Assembly (NCBI GenBank): GCA_012797505.1
Contig: JAAZOZ010000159.1
Span: 1 to 56,109 of the forward strand
Origin: Smithella sp.
Lineage (GTDB): Bacteria; Desulfobacterota; Syntrophia; Syntrophales; Smithellaceae
Direction: 5' to 3'
DNA length: 56,109 bases
Part shown: piece by piece, positions 31,338 through 40,476 of the stretch
Position numbering within the stretch: position 1 is the stretch's first letter
How the letters are laid out: each line of letters begins with the position of its first letter
The notes under the pieces: model-generated
What the model was told of the DNA's origin: nothing
The model's database searches: none
What the model saw: only the letters and a program-made list of their open reading frames with translations
Translations under genes and position numbers: made by a program

Positions 31338-32360
31338 ATGGAAAAACGTTTGATCAAAAAAGACACACTGGCAGGCATTGCCAAGAAAATGGCCGGCGAT
31401 TTCCTGGTTTGGGCGCCCGTGAAAAAAGAAGACAATGTTCTTTTTGAACCCATGGGGAAAGACGGCGAACCTTTCTTTGCGTATTTGAATTCCAAAAATG
31501 CGCCCAAGAATGTTTTCTTTCCGCATACGGAAACCCTGATGAAATATACCCGGACCCCCAAAGGCATGGTGTTTTCTTCAGAAGTCAACCGGGCGGATCA
31601 ATCCGTTTTGTTCGGCGTGCGCCCCTGCGACGCGCACAGCTTCGTCCTTCTGGATAAGCTTTTCGATCAGGAAAAATACAAGGACGCCTACTACATTGAA
31701 AAGCGGAAAAGCACGACGGTGATTGCGCTGGCCTGTGTGAAGCCGCCTTACGCAACCTGCTTCTGCACGTCGGTGGACGGGGAGCCGGTTTCGGCCGACG
31801 GCGCGGACATTCTGCTGACCGACATCGGCGGCGATTATCTGGTGGAATTCATCACCAAAAAGGGCGAAAAGCTTGCCTCGTATTTCGGCGATGCAAAGGC
31901 CGATGCGGCCGCCGATGCCAGGAAAGCGGAGATTGCCGCCCAGGCCAAAGCGGCTGTGACGTCGAAGATTCCGGCGCACGAGGTGAAACCGATCCTGGAC
32001 GTCAATTTTGACAATCCCTTCTGGAACACGATTCACGGCAAGTGCCTGGCCTGCGGCACCTGCACGTATATGTGCCCCACCTGCCACTGCTTCGACATCA
32101 GCGACGAGGTGAAAGGCGCCGACGGGATTCGCCTTCGTTCCTGGGATTCCTGCATGTTTCCGCTCTTCACGAAGGAAACGTCCGGACACAATCCGCGCCC
32201 GTCGCAGAAGGAAAGATGGCGTCAGCGCACGATGCACAAGTTTAAATATTACGTGGACATGTTCGGCGCGATTTCCTGCGTGGGATGCGGACGGTGCGTC
32301 ATGTCTTGTCCGGTGAATATTGATATTCGTAAAGTGGTTGAAGATATTTCAAAATTATAA
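31338..32360 (+). CDS. iron-sulfur protein, AsrA / sulfhydrogenase-beta / FlxB-like
   Basis: 340 aa. GVRPCDAHS, CLACGTCTYMCPTCHCFD, CVGCGRCVMSCPVNI. Confidence 0.8.
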   Translation: MEKRLIKKDTLAGIAKKMAGDFLVWAPVKKEDNVLFEPMGKDGEPFFAYLNSKNAPKNVFFPHTETLMKYTRTPKGMVFSSEVNRADQSVLFGVRPCDAHSFVLLDKLFDQEKYKDAYYIEKRKSTTVIALACVKPPYATCFCTSVDGEPVSADGADILLTDIGGDYLVEFITKKGEKLASYFGDAKADAAADARKAEIAAQAKAAVTSKIPAHEVKPILDVNFDNPFWNTIHGKCLACGTCTYMCPTCHCFDISDEVKGADGIRLRSWDSCMFPLFTKETSGHNPRPSQKERWRQRTMHKFKYYVDMFGAISCVGCGRCVMSCPVNIDIRKVVEDISKL

Positions 32361-32374
32361 TCAGGGAGTTCGTA

Positions 32375-33214
32375 ATGCAAAACCCGTATATTCCTTATCC
32401 CGTTGTGGTGGATAAAATCATTACTGAAGTCGATACCAAAGACATCAAAACGTTCCGCTTCAAGTTTGTCAACCCGGAAGATGAACAGAAATATGCGTAC
32501 ATTCCCGGTCAGTTCGGCGAACTTTCCATTTACGGCAAAGGCGAATCACCCATCGGCATCGCTTCTTCTCCGACGCAAAAAGGGTACGTGGAATTTACCG
32601 TACAGAAAGCCGGCGTGGTGACCTCGGCGCTCCATGAAATGGAAGAAGGCGAAATGATGGGCATCCGCGGCCCGCTGGGCAACTCCTGGCCGCTGCAGTT
32701 TCTGGAAGGAAAAAATATTGTCATTGTCGGCGGCGGCTTTGCCTTCACCACCCTGCGGTCTCTGATCAATTATATGCTGCATGAGGATAACCGCAAACGC
32801 TTCGGCAATATTACCGTGATTTACGGCGCGAGAAATCCCGGCCTCCTGCTGTATAAGGATGAATTGACGGAATGGGGCAAAAGAACCGACCTGAACCTGA
32901 ACGTTACGGTGGACAAGGGCGACGCGACCTGGAAGGGCAGAGAAGGATTTGTTCCCGCGGTTTGCAAGGAAGTCGCTCCCAGCAAGGAAAACGCCGTGGC
33001 GGTGATCTGCGGTCCTCCGGTGATGATCCGCTTCACGCTGCCGGTCTTCTTTGAACTCGGCTTTTCGAAGGAAAATATCATTACGTCCCTGGAAATGCGG
33101 ATGAAATGCGGAATCGGCAAATGCGGCCGCTGCAACGTCGGCAGCAAGTATGTCTGCAAGGACGGCCCGGTCTTCTCTCTGGCGGAGCTGGATAAACTGA
33201 CGCCGGAATACTAG
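32375..33214 (+). CDS. FAD/NAD(P)H-binding oxidoreductase with C-terminal [2Fe-2S] (AsrB / sulfhydrogenase-gamma / FlxA-like)
   Basis: 279 aa. GQFGELS, IVIVGGGFAFTTLRS, C-terminal MKCGIGKCGRCNVGSKYVCKDGPVF. Confidence 0.85.
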   Translation: MQNPYIPYPVVVDKIITEVDTKDIKTFRFKFVNPEDEQKYAYIPGQFGELSIYGKGESPIGIASSPTQKGYVEFTVQKAGVVTSALHEMEEGEMMGIRGPLGNSWPLQFLEGKNIVIVGGGFAFTTLRSLINYMLHEDNRKRFGNITVIYGARNPGLLLYKDELTEWGKRTDLNLNVTVDKGDATWKGREGFVPAVCKEVAPSKENAVAVICGPPVMIRFTLPVFFELGFSKENIITSLEMRMKCGIGKCGRCNVGSKYVCKDGPVFSLAELDKLTPEY

Positions 33215-33246
33215 CCACCCCCGAATTCTTCAAACCTGTTTTAAAA

Positions 33247-33272
33247 GGGAGCCTTTGGGTTCCCTTTTTTTT
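33247..33272 (+). terminator. rho-independent terminator
   Basis: GGGAGCC-TTTG-GGTTCCC stem-loop followed by T8, 33 nt after the stop at 33214. Confidence 0.6.
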
Positions 33273-33385
33273 GAAGGGACACTCCAGCCTGGGCAAGCGG
33301 AGTCGGGAGAACAAAAAAATTGATGTTTGTTTTTTTCTATGCTAGCAGAAGCATAAATTGATCCAATACTCACGGGAGATGTTGC

Positions 33386-34561
33386 ATGCCACAAACGGTT
33401 ACCCCTTATCTGGAGATGTCCCAGGCGATCATGGAGGCGGGCGGCGAGGCGCTGAAAAAATGCTACCAGTGCGGCACGTGCTCCGGAACCTGCCCCTGGA
33501 CGCCGATCACGCATTTCAATATCCGCAAGCTCGTGCGCTACGGCCAGTTGGGCCTGGACGGCATCGAGGATTTCATGTGGGGCTGCTCCACCTGCCGGTT
33601 TTGTGTGGAACGCTGTCCCCGGGGCGTTGAACTCATCGACATCGTGACGGCCATTCGCAACGTGTACAGCGGCGGCGGCCTGCTGCCGCAGAGCCTGCGC
33701 GCCTTTGTCGGCTCCCTTTCGGCCCGCGGCAATCCCTGGTCCGGCGACCCGGCCGTGCGCAATGACTGGGCCAAGGGCAAATATCCCGTTTACAAGCCCG
33801 GCATGGACTACCTGTTCTGGACCTGCTGCACGGTCTGTTACGACCCCCGCAACACAAGGCTCGCGAAAGCGGCGGCGGAGATTCTGAATCTGGCCGGCGC
33901 AAGCTGGGGGATGCCTTCTGCTGACGTCAACTGCTGCGGCGAGAGCCTGCGCAAAGTGGGCGACGCGGAGCTTTTCGGACGGCTCAAGGGCAAAAACCTC
34001 GACTACTTCAAATCCAACGAAGTTTCCAAAATCATTACGGTATCCCCGCACTGTCTGGCGACGTTCAACAACGACTACGGCCAGGACTACGATGTTACGC
34101 ATTTGAGCGAACTGATGGCTCAATGGATTAAGGACGGGAAACTCGTTCCCAAAAAAGATTTCGGCGGCCTAACCGTGACGTATCACGATCCGTGCTACTT
34201 GGGCCGGCACAGCAAGGTGTACGACGCGCCCCGCGAGATTCTCAAGGCCCTTCCGGGTGTGGAGTTCGTCGAGATGGAGCGCAACAGTGAAGAAAGCATG
34301 TGCTGCGGGGGCGGGGGCGGCGGATTGTGGACGGAGAAAGCCAAAGGCGAACGCCTGAGCGATTTGCGCATCGAGGAAGCCATGGGGACCGGCGCTGCGG
34401 TTCTGGCGACGGCCTGTCCGTACTGCATCACCATGTTTGAAGACAGCGCGCGGACGCTCAATGCGGACGGGCAGGTTCAGATCCGGGATGTGACGGAGCT
34501 CCTCCTGGAAAGCCTGGAAATCAACATCGACGAACCGGTCGCGGATACATGCGCCCTTTAG
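33386..34561 (+). CDS. HdrD-like protein (2x[4Fe-4S] plus two CCG domains)
   Basis: 391 aa. CYQCGTCSGTCPW, CSTCRFCVERCPRG, then ...CCGES... and ...MCCGGGGGG...CPYCITMF. Confidence 0.8.
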   Translation: MPQTVTPYLEMSQAIMEAGGEALKKCYQCGTCSGTCPWTPITHFNIRKLVRYGQLGLDGIEDFMWGCSTCRFCVERCPRGVELIDIVTAIRNVYSGGGLLPQSLRAFVGSLSARGNPWSGDPAVRNDWAKGKYPVYKPGMDYLFWTCCTVCYDPRNTRLAKAAAEILNLAGASWGMPSADVNCCGESLRKVGDAELFGRLKGKNLDYFKSNEVSKIITVSPHCLATFNNDYGQDYDVTHLSELMAQWIKDGKLVPKKDFGGLTVTYHDPCYLGRHSKVYDAPREILKALPGVEFVEMERNSEESMCCGGGGGGLWTEKAKGERLSDLRIEEAMGTGAAVLATACPYCITMFEDSARTLNADGQVQIRDVTELLLESLEINIDEPVADTCAL

Positions 34562-34626
34562 ATAACGTTGCCGCCGGCTGGAACCGAACGTATGACGGGT
34601 TGAGAACTTTGCACCATTACACTTTG

Positions 34627-34708
34627 GTCATCGCGAGGAGCGAAGCGACGTGGCGATCTCTTCAAATATCAAATGCTCATGAGATTGCTTCACTTCGTTC
34701 GCAATGAC
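34627..34708. repeat. hairpin repeat (GTCATCGCGAGGAGCGAAGCGAC... / ...TCGTTCGCAATGAC family)
   Basis: Arms 34627-34660 and 34681-34708 are imperfect reverse complements around a 20-nt AT-rich loop. Confidence 0.6.
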
Positions 34709-34786
34709 AGAGTAGGGCGCGATCCCTGATTGCGCCGCAATCCTCGTCATACCGGCGAAGGAGGTTGTGTCAGAATGGTCAAAAGC

Positions 34787-34834
34787 TGTCATTCCCGCGA
34801 AGCCTGCCCTCGAGAAGTCGGGGGGCGGGAATCC
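34787..34834 (-). repeat. 48-nt hairpin repeat, copy B (inverted relative to 23460-23507)
   Basis: TGTCATTCCCGCGAAGCCTGCCCTCGAGAAGTCGGGGGGCGGGAATCC. Its reverse complement matches copy A with one indel. Confidence 0.85.
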
Positions 34835-34851
34835 AGAGTCCTTTAATAATA

Positions 34852-34889
34852 CTGGATTCCTGGTCGCGCTACGCTTGCCCGGAATGACA
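34852..34889 (+). repeat. short hairpin repeat (TGGATTCC...GGAATGAC family), copy 2
   Basis: CTGGATTCCTGGTCGCGCTACGCTTGCCCGGAATGACA; see 22760-22800. Confidence 0.6.
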
Positions 34890-35073
34890 AAATAGGAATT
34901 ACCACACAGTCTCGAAGGCCGGTATCCAGGTTCTGTTTCTTCGAAAAGAAGATAACCGGGACCGGGAGTGAATGATAAAGCAAGAGAAAACAACACGAAG
35001 TGGAATGATTTGAATGATTCAATTATTGAGCTGGATGCCGGCCTTCGCCGGTATGACAATATAGGGAGATAGT

Positions 35074-37023
35074 ATGAGCAGAATTGGTGTTTTTGTTTGC
35101 CACTGCGGGTTGAATATCGCGAAGACAGTGCGGGTGAGTGAGCTTGCCGAGTTTGCGGCGACTCTGCCGGACGTCGTTGTGGCAAAAGACTACAAGTTCA
35201 TGTGTTCCACCCCCGGGCAGGAAATGATCGCGAACGACATCAGGGAACACCGGCTGGACCGCGTGATCGTGACGGCCTGTTCGCCGCTGATGCACGAGCA
35301 GACGTTCCGCAAGGTGCTGGCGGCCTCCGGTCTCAACCAGTACCTGCTGACGATCGTCAACATCCGCGAGCAGGTGTCCTGGGTGACGCATAATATCGAC
35401 GAAGGAACCTCCAAGGCCAAGGCGCTGCTCAACGGCGCCGTGAACCGCTCCCGCTTGCTGATGCCGCTCACGTCGCGCGTGATCGACGTCAACCCCGATG
35501 TCATGGTGGTCGGCGCGGGCATTGCCGGAATCCAGGCGTCGCTGGAACTGGCCAACACGGGCAGAAAAGTATATCTCGTCGAAAAGAATTCAACCATCGG
35601 CGGCCACATGGCGCAGTTTGACAAGACGTTTCCCACGCTGGACTGCTCCGCCTGCATTCTCACGCCCAAGATGGACAGCGTGCTACAGCATAAGAACATT
35701 CAGCTTTTGACATCCTGTGAAGTGAGCGAGGTCAAGGGCTTTGTCGGAAACTTCGATATTACCATCCGTCAGAAGGCGCGTTATGTCGATCACGACAAAT
35801 GCAACGCGTGTCTCGCGTGCACGGAGAAATGCCCCGGCAAGAGCGTGTCCGAATGGGATGAAGGCCTGGCGAAGCGCAAGGCCATCTACATTCCCTTCCC
35901 GCAGGCCGTGCCGCAGAAGCCGGTCATCGACCGGGAGGCCTGCACCTTCTTCAAAAAGGGCAAATGCCGCCTGTGCGAGAAAGTTTGCGAGCAGAAAGCC
36001 ATTGATTTCGAGCAGCAGGACACCTTCAGCACCGTGAAGGTCGGCGCGGTCATTGTGGCCACGGGGTACGACCTGATGGATACCCGGGATTTGATTCAGT
36101 ACGGTTACGGCAAATATCCCGGCGTGTACAACGCCCTGGAAGTGGAGCGGCTCTTCAACTCCGCCGGACCCACCGGCGGCAAGGTGATACTGCGCGACGG
36201 GAAAGAGCCGCAGGCCATCGCGATTCTTCACTGCATCGGCAGCCGCGACAAGAACAGCTACGAGCATTGCAGCCGCGTGTGCTGCATGTATTCGCTGAAA
36301 TTCGCGCATTTGTTCAAGGAAAAAACGTCCGCGGACGTCTATCATTTTTACATTGATATCCGCGCCGCCGGCAAAGGCTATGAAGAATTTTACAACCGCA
36401 TCATTGAAGAGGACGTGAAATTCATTCGCGGCAAGGGCGCGCGCGTGGCGAAAAGCGCGGACGAACCGGATCGTCTGATGGTGGAAGCGGAAGATACGAT
36501 TACCGGGAAGTTCATCCGGCTGCCCGTGGACATGGTCGTGCTCTCGCCGGCCATGATTCCCCGTTCCAACGCCAAAGACATTGCGCGGTTGTTTAATCTA
36601 AGCACGGACAAGCAGGGCTTTTTCATGGAGCGCCATCCGAAGCTGGCGCCGCTGTCCACGATGTCGGAAGGCGTTTTCATCGCCGGGGTTTGCCAGAGCC
36701 CGAAGGATATTCCCGACACCGTGGCGCAGGCCAACGGCGCGGCGGCGGAAGCCCTGACCATTGTCGTCAAAGACAAGATGGAGCTCGAAGCCACGACGGT
36801 GATGGTCAATCCGGCCTCCTGCTGCGCCTGCCAGAACTGCGTGCGCGTCTGCCCCTACGGCGCGCCGTTCTTCAAGGAGGACAAAGGCGTATCGGAAATC
36901 AATGAGGCGCTGTGCAAGGGCTGCGGGCTTTGCGCGTCCGTCTGCCCGACGGGGGCGATTATCGCAAGGCATTTTACGAATGATCAGGTGCTGGCGGAGA
37001 TGGAAGGATTGATGGAATTCTAG
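35074..37023 (+). CDS. hdrA: heterodisulfide reductase subunit A (canonical length)
   Basis: 649 aa. [41 protein letters not shown]-terminal CCACQNCVRVCPYG and CKGCGLCASVCPTG. Confidence 0.9.
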   Translation: MSRIGVFVCHCGLNIAKTVRVSELAEFAATLPDVVVAKDYKFMCSTPGQEMIANDIREHRLDRVIVTACSPLMHEQTFRKVLAASGLNQYLLTIVNIREQVSWVTHNIDEGTSKAKALLNGAVNRSRLLMPLTSRVIDVNPDVMVVGAGIAGIQASLELANTGRKVYLVEKNSTIGGHMAQFDKTFPTLDCSACILTPKMDSVLQHKNIQLLTSCEVSEVKGFVGNFDITIRQKARYVDHDKCNACLACTEKCPGKSVSEWDEGLAKRKAIYIPFPQAVPQKPVIDREACTFFKKGKCRLCEKVCEQKAIDFEQQDTFSTVKVGAVIVATGYDLMDTRDLIQYGYGKYPGVYNALEVERLFNSAGPTGGKVILRDGKEPQAIAILHCIGSRDKNSYEHCSRVCCMYSLKFAHLFKEKTSADVYHFYIDIRAAGKGYEEFYNRIIEEDVKFIRGKGARVAKSADEPDRLMVEAEDTITGKFIRLPVDMVVLSPAMIPRSNAKDIARLFNLSTDKQGFFMERHPKLAPLSTMSEGVFIAGVCQSPKDIPDTVAQANGAAAEALTIVVKDKMELEATTVMVNPASCCACQNCVRVCPYGAPFFKEDKGVSEINEALCKGCGLCASVCPTGAIIARHFTNDQVLAEMEGLMEF

Positions 37024-37177
37024 TTATGGCATCATTAAAAGGCCGGATACTGCGTTGCACATCGTCTCGCGTCACTGCGGCGTATGAAAATATACGCCTC
37101 GTTCCACGATACTCGTGCGCCTTGTCTGCGGCGCTTTTTCTGACGCCATAATTATTTTAAAAGGAAAGGAAACGTTC

Positions 37178-37591
37178 ATGTCATTTGAACCGAAAATACT
37201 GGGCATTGCCTGCAACTGGTGCACCTATACCGGGGCCGACCTTGCCGGAACGACGAGACTGCAGTATCCGCAGAATCTCCGGGTCGTCCGCGTGATGTGT
37301 TCCAGCCGGATCAACCCGTCGTTCATCTTCCGCGCGTTCCAACTGGGCGCGGACGGCGTGCTGGTCGGGGGATGCCATCCGGGCGATTGCCATTACAATA
37401 CGGGGAACCTCTATGCGCGAAGACGCCTGGCCGTGACCAAAAAAATTCTGGAATTTGCAGGCCTGGAGCCGGGCCGGTTCCGCGTGGAATGGATTTCCGC
37501 CTCCGAAGGCAACAAATTTGCCGAGGTCGTCACGGAGTTCACCGGTCAGATTAAAGCGCTGGGACCCCAGACCAAATTCAAGATTTCATAG
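37178..37591 (+). CDS. mvhD: MvhD/FlxD-type [2Fe-2S] protein (Cys version)
   Basis: 137 aa from ATG 37178. ACNWCTYTGADLAG...GGCHPGDCHY. Confidence 0.85.
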   Translation: MSFEPKILGIACNWCTYTGADLAGTTRLQYPQNLRVVRVMCSSRINPSFIFRAFQLGADGVLVGGCHPGDCHYNTGNLYARRRLAVTKKILEFAGLEPGRFRVEWISASEGNKFAEVVTEFTGQIKALGPQTKFKIS

Positions 37592-37607
37592 AAGTACGAG
37601 GGAGCAT

Positions 37608-38474
37608 ATGGCAGTCAGCTTTCAGCAAATTGAAGAGAAATTAAAGACCGAAGCCCGAAGGCTTTTGGAATCGGGCCAGGTGAGCCTGGTGCTCGCGTGG
37701 GGCAGAGGTTTTGATGAAAAACATCCCATGCCCTATGTTGCCAAGGGCGCCTCCGATGTGGACGGCATCGTGTTCAACGAGTTCTGCACCCACAATCTGG
37801 CCAGATACCTGGTCCGGTATCCGCGGGGAACCAAAATGGCCGTCGCCGTCAAGGCGGCGGACAGCCGCGCCGTGGTTCAACTGATTCAGGAAGACAAGGT
37901 CAAGCGGCACGACCTGGTGATCCTCGGCATTCCCGTTTACGGCATCAAAAATCCGAAGACGGGGGAGATCATCGACGGCAAGACCACCTGCGGCCTGTAC
38001 AACCCCGTGCTGTATGACATTCTGATTGCCGAAGAGGTGCACGGACAGCCGGTCTCGTCGCCTTACGCCGTGCTGGCCGAATACGAGGCGATGGATCAGG
38101 ACGCGCGCTTCGCGTTCTGGAAAAAGGAATTGGATCGGTGCATCCGCTGCTACGCCTGCCGCAAGGCCTGCCCGATGTGCTACTGTGATCCCTGCTTTAT
38201 CGATCAGAATAAACCCAAATGGGGAGAAAAGTCTCCGGAGACGCCGGGCAACCTGATGTACCATCTGACCCGGTTTCATCATCTGGCCGGCCGTTGCATC
38301 GATTGCGGCGAATGTTCGCGCGCCTGTCCGGTGGACATTCCCCTGTATCTGTTTCACAAGAAAGTGGCCAAAGAGTGCGAAGAAATGTTCGGCCAGGCCG
38401 CGGGGATGAGCATCGAAGACAAGCCCGTGCTGGTCAATTTCCGCATGGAGGATTCCGACAAAATTTTGGAATAA
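37608..38474 (+). CDS. iron-sulfur protein (FlxC-like), paralog of 28786-29796
   Basis: 288 aa from ATG 37608. CIRCYACRKACPMCYCDPCF and CIDCGECSRACPVD. Confidence 0.75.
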   Translation: MAVSFQQIEEKLKTEARRLLESGQVSLVLAWGRGFDEKHPMPYVAKGASDVDGIVFNEFCTHNLARYLVRYPRGTKMAVAVKAADSRAVVQLIQEDKVKRHDLVILGIPVYGIKNPKTGEIIDGKTTCGLYNPVLYDILIAEEVHGQPVSSPYAVLAEYEAMDQDARFAFWKKELDRCIRCYACRKACPMCYCDPCFIDQNKPKWGEKSPETPGNLMYHLTRFHHLAGRCIDCGECSRACPVDIPLYLFHKKVAKECEEMFGQAAGMSIEDKPVLVNFRMEDSDKILE

Positions 38475-38486
38475 GGAGCTTTTGTT

Positions 38487-39524
38487 GTGCTGAAGAAAAC
38501 CGCCATCCATCAACTGTCCGATCTGACTTCCGCGCTGATGGGAAAGGGAACGCTGGTCGCACCGGTCCGGGAAGACGCCGGCTTCAATTTCCGGGAAATA
38601 TCCGACGCGAAGCAGGTGGATCTGAATTTCCACAATACGATCATCAGTCCCAAATCCGTCTTCTTTCCACAGACGGAAGATTTCATCCGCTATCGGACGG
38701 GCAGACCTTTGCAGGAGGCCGAAACGGTCGAGCCCGAGGGGAAGCCCTTGATTCTTTTCGGCGTCCGCCCCTGCGACGTGAAGAGCTTTGAGATCATGGA
38801 CATCCATTTTTCCTGCACCGGCGCCGTGGATCCTTACTGGCAGGCCCGAAGAGAAGCGGCCACCCTGATCGGATACGCTTTTGATGTTGCCGCGCCGGCC
38901 GAGCCGGAGGAATTTTATCAGACGCTGGGCATCGGCGCGGCCGACCCCGAAGGCAGCGACATCTTCATGGTGCGCCGCGGCGATGATCTGATCCTCAAAA
39001 GCATCACCGGCAAGGGAGAGGCGCTGCTGGCCGGAATCGAAGGCCTGGCCGGGGCGTCGGCCGATGACGGGAAATTTTTTGACGACACGGTCGCCGCAGG
39101 GCGAAATTTCAAGACGCGTTTTACCTGCGTGGACGCCAAAGCCATTACGAAGAAACTGGAAGATCTTTTTCATAACACGGATTTCTGGGAGAAGGCGTCC
39201 AACGCCTGTTTGAGCTGCGGCGTGTGCACCTTTGCGTGTCCGACCTGCTATTGCTTTGATATTTGCGATGAAACCCTGTTTGGGCGGGGAACGCGCCGCC
39301 GCGTGTGGGACGCCTGCATGTTCACGGATTTCACGCTGGAAGCCAGCGGCCACAATCCCCGCACGAAGGTGTATCAGCGCCTGCGGCAGAAAATCGGGCA
39401 CAAGTATTCCTACCATGTCCGGAAATACGGCGTCATTTCCTGCGTGGGCTGCGGGCGCTGCACGCGGCACTGTCCGGTGGGCATCGATATTTTTTCGATC
39501 GTCGAAGAGGCCATGAAGGCATGA
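38487..39524 (+). CDS. iron-sulfur protein, AsrA / FlxB-like, paralog of 31338-32360
   Basis: 345 aa. GVRPCDVKS, CLSCGVCTFACPTCYCFD, CVGCGRCTRHCPVGI. Confidence 0.8.
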   Translation: MLKKTAIHQLSDLTSALMGKGTLVAPVREDAGFNFREISDAKQVDLNFHNTIISPKSVFFPQTEDFIRYRTGRPLQEAETVEPEGKPLILFGVRPCDVKSFEIMDIHFSCTGAVDPYWQARREAATLIGYAFDVAAPAEPEEFYQTLGIGAADPEGSDIFMVRRGDDLILKSITGKGEALLAGIEGLAGASADDGKFFDDTVAAGRNFKTRFTCVDAKAITKKLEDLFHNTDFWEKASNACLSCGVCTFACPTCYCFDICDETLFGRGTRRRVWDACMFTDFTLEASGHNPRTKVYQRLRQKIGHKYSYHVRKYGVISCVGCGRCTRHCPVGIDIFSIVEEAMKA

Positions 39525-39574
39525 TGCCGAACGCTAAAAAGCATGTTCGGGAATAAACCAATTTGAGGAAAGAT

Positions 39575-40435
39575 ATGCGTTCAACGAATCCCTACATCCC
39601 CATGCCGGTGGAAATTGTCAAAATCACCGATGAAGTGGATACCCATGACATCAAGTCGTTCCGCTTTAAATTTCTGAATGCCCAGGACGAGGCCCGGTTT
39701 CAGTATCTCCCCGGCCAGTTCGCCGAGTTGTCCATTTACGGAAAAGGAGAGTCCCCGATCGGCATCGCTTCGTCGCCCACGGAGCCCGGCTATGTGGCGT
39801 TTACGGTCCAGCGGGCGGGCGCCATCGTTCCCGGGCTGGTGACGGCTGCGCTGCACGATATGGAAGAGGGCGGCAGAATCGGCCTGCGCGGGCCGCTGGG
39901 GCATCCCTGGCCGATTGAATTTCTGGAGAAAAAGAACATCGTTGTGGTCGGCGGCGGATTTGCTTTTACCACGCTGCGCTCGCTGGTCACCTATATGCTG
40001 CACGAGAACAACCGTTCCCGCTTCGGCGACATCACCGTCATTTACGGCGCGCGGACCCCGGGGCTGCTCTGCTATAAGGATGAACTGGCCGCCTGGGAAA
40101 AGCGAAGCGACATCAAAACCATCATTACCGTTGACAAGGGTAATGAAACCTGGAAGGGCCGGGAAGGGTTTGTGCCCGCCGTCTGCAAGGACGTCGCGCC
40201 GTCGCCCGCCAATGCCGTGGCCGTCATCTGCGGCCCGCCCGTCATGATCAAATTCACGCTGCCGGTTTTCTTTGAGCTGGGTTTTTCCAAGGAGAACATT
40301 CTGACGTCGCTGGAAATGCGCATGAAGTGCGGCATCGGCAAATGCGGCCGCTGCAATGTCGGCTACAAATACGTCTGTTCGGATGGGCCGGTGTTTTCGC
40401 TGGCGGAGCTGGAAGAGCTGCCTCGCGATTTCTAG
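39575..40435 (+). CDS. FAD/NAD(P)H oxidoreductase with [2Fe-2S], close paralog of 32375-33214
   Basis: 286 aa from ATG 39575. By eye more than 70 percent identical to the cluster-1 copy, with long identical runs (YGKGESPIGIASSP; VVGGGFAFTTLRS; MKCGIGKCGRCNVG). Confidence 0.85.
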   Translation: MRSTNPYIPMPVEIVKITDEVDTHDIKSFRFKFLNAQDEARFQYLPGQFAELSIYGKGESPIGIASSPTEPGYVAFTVQRAGAIVPGLVTAALHDMEEGGRIGLRGPLGHPWPIEFLEKKNIVVVGGGFAFTTLRSLVTYMLHENNRSRFGDITVIYGARTPGLLCYKDELAAWEKRSDIKTIITVDKGNETWKGREGFVPAVCKDVAPSPANAVAVICGPPVMIKFTLPVFFELGFSKENILTSLEMRMKCGIGKCGRCNVGYKYVCSDGPVFSLAELEELPRDF

Positions 40436-40476
40436 AGATGCCCGTCGTAAAGCAAATGACGAGGGTGAGGTAAAAA

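Noticed and set aside
34628-35185. 185-aa minus-strand ORF in the spacer between the two Hdr clusters
   Set aside because: Its sequence is a read-through of stacked hairpin repeats (peptide motifs such as VIANEVKQS and FAGMT typical of translated repeat elements), and it overlaps the hdrA start. It is not a real gene.
37641-39470. 609-aa minus-strand ORF across the cluster-2 FeS genes. The same pattern appears at 50243-52204, 48868-50304, 46176-47543, 30203-31588, 9350-10807, 19106-20587, 3485-4693, 15332-16303, 45159-46151 and 43189-44172.
   Set aside because: All are antisense to, or frame-shifted over, genes with strong family signatures. All have arginine/glycine/alanine-rich nonsense-like sequence. 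I treat them as GC-bias artefacts, not overlapping genes.
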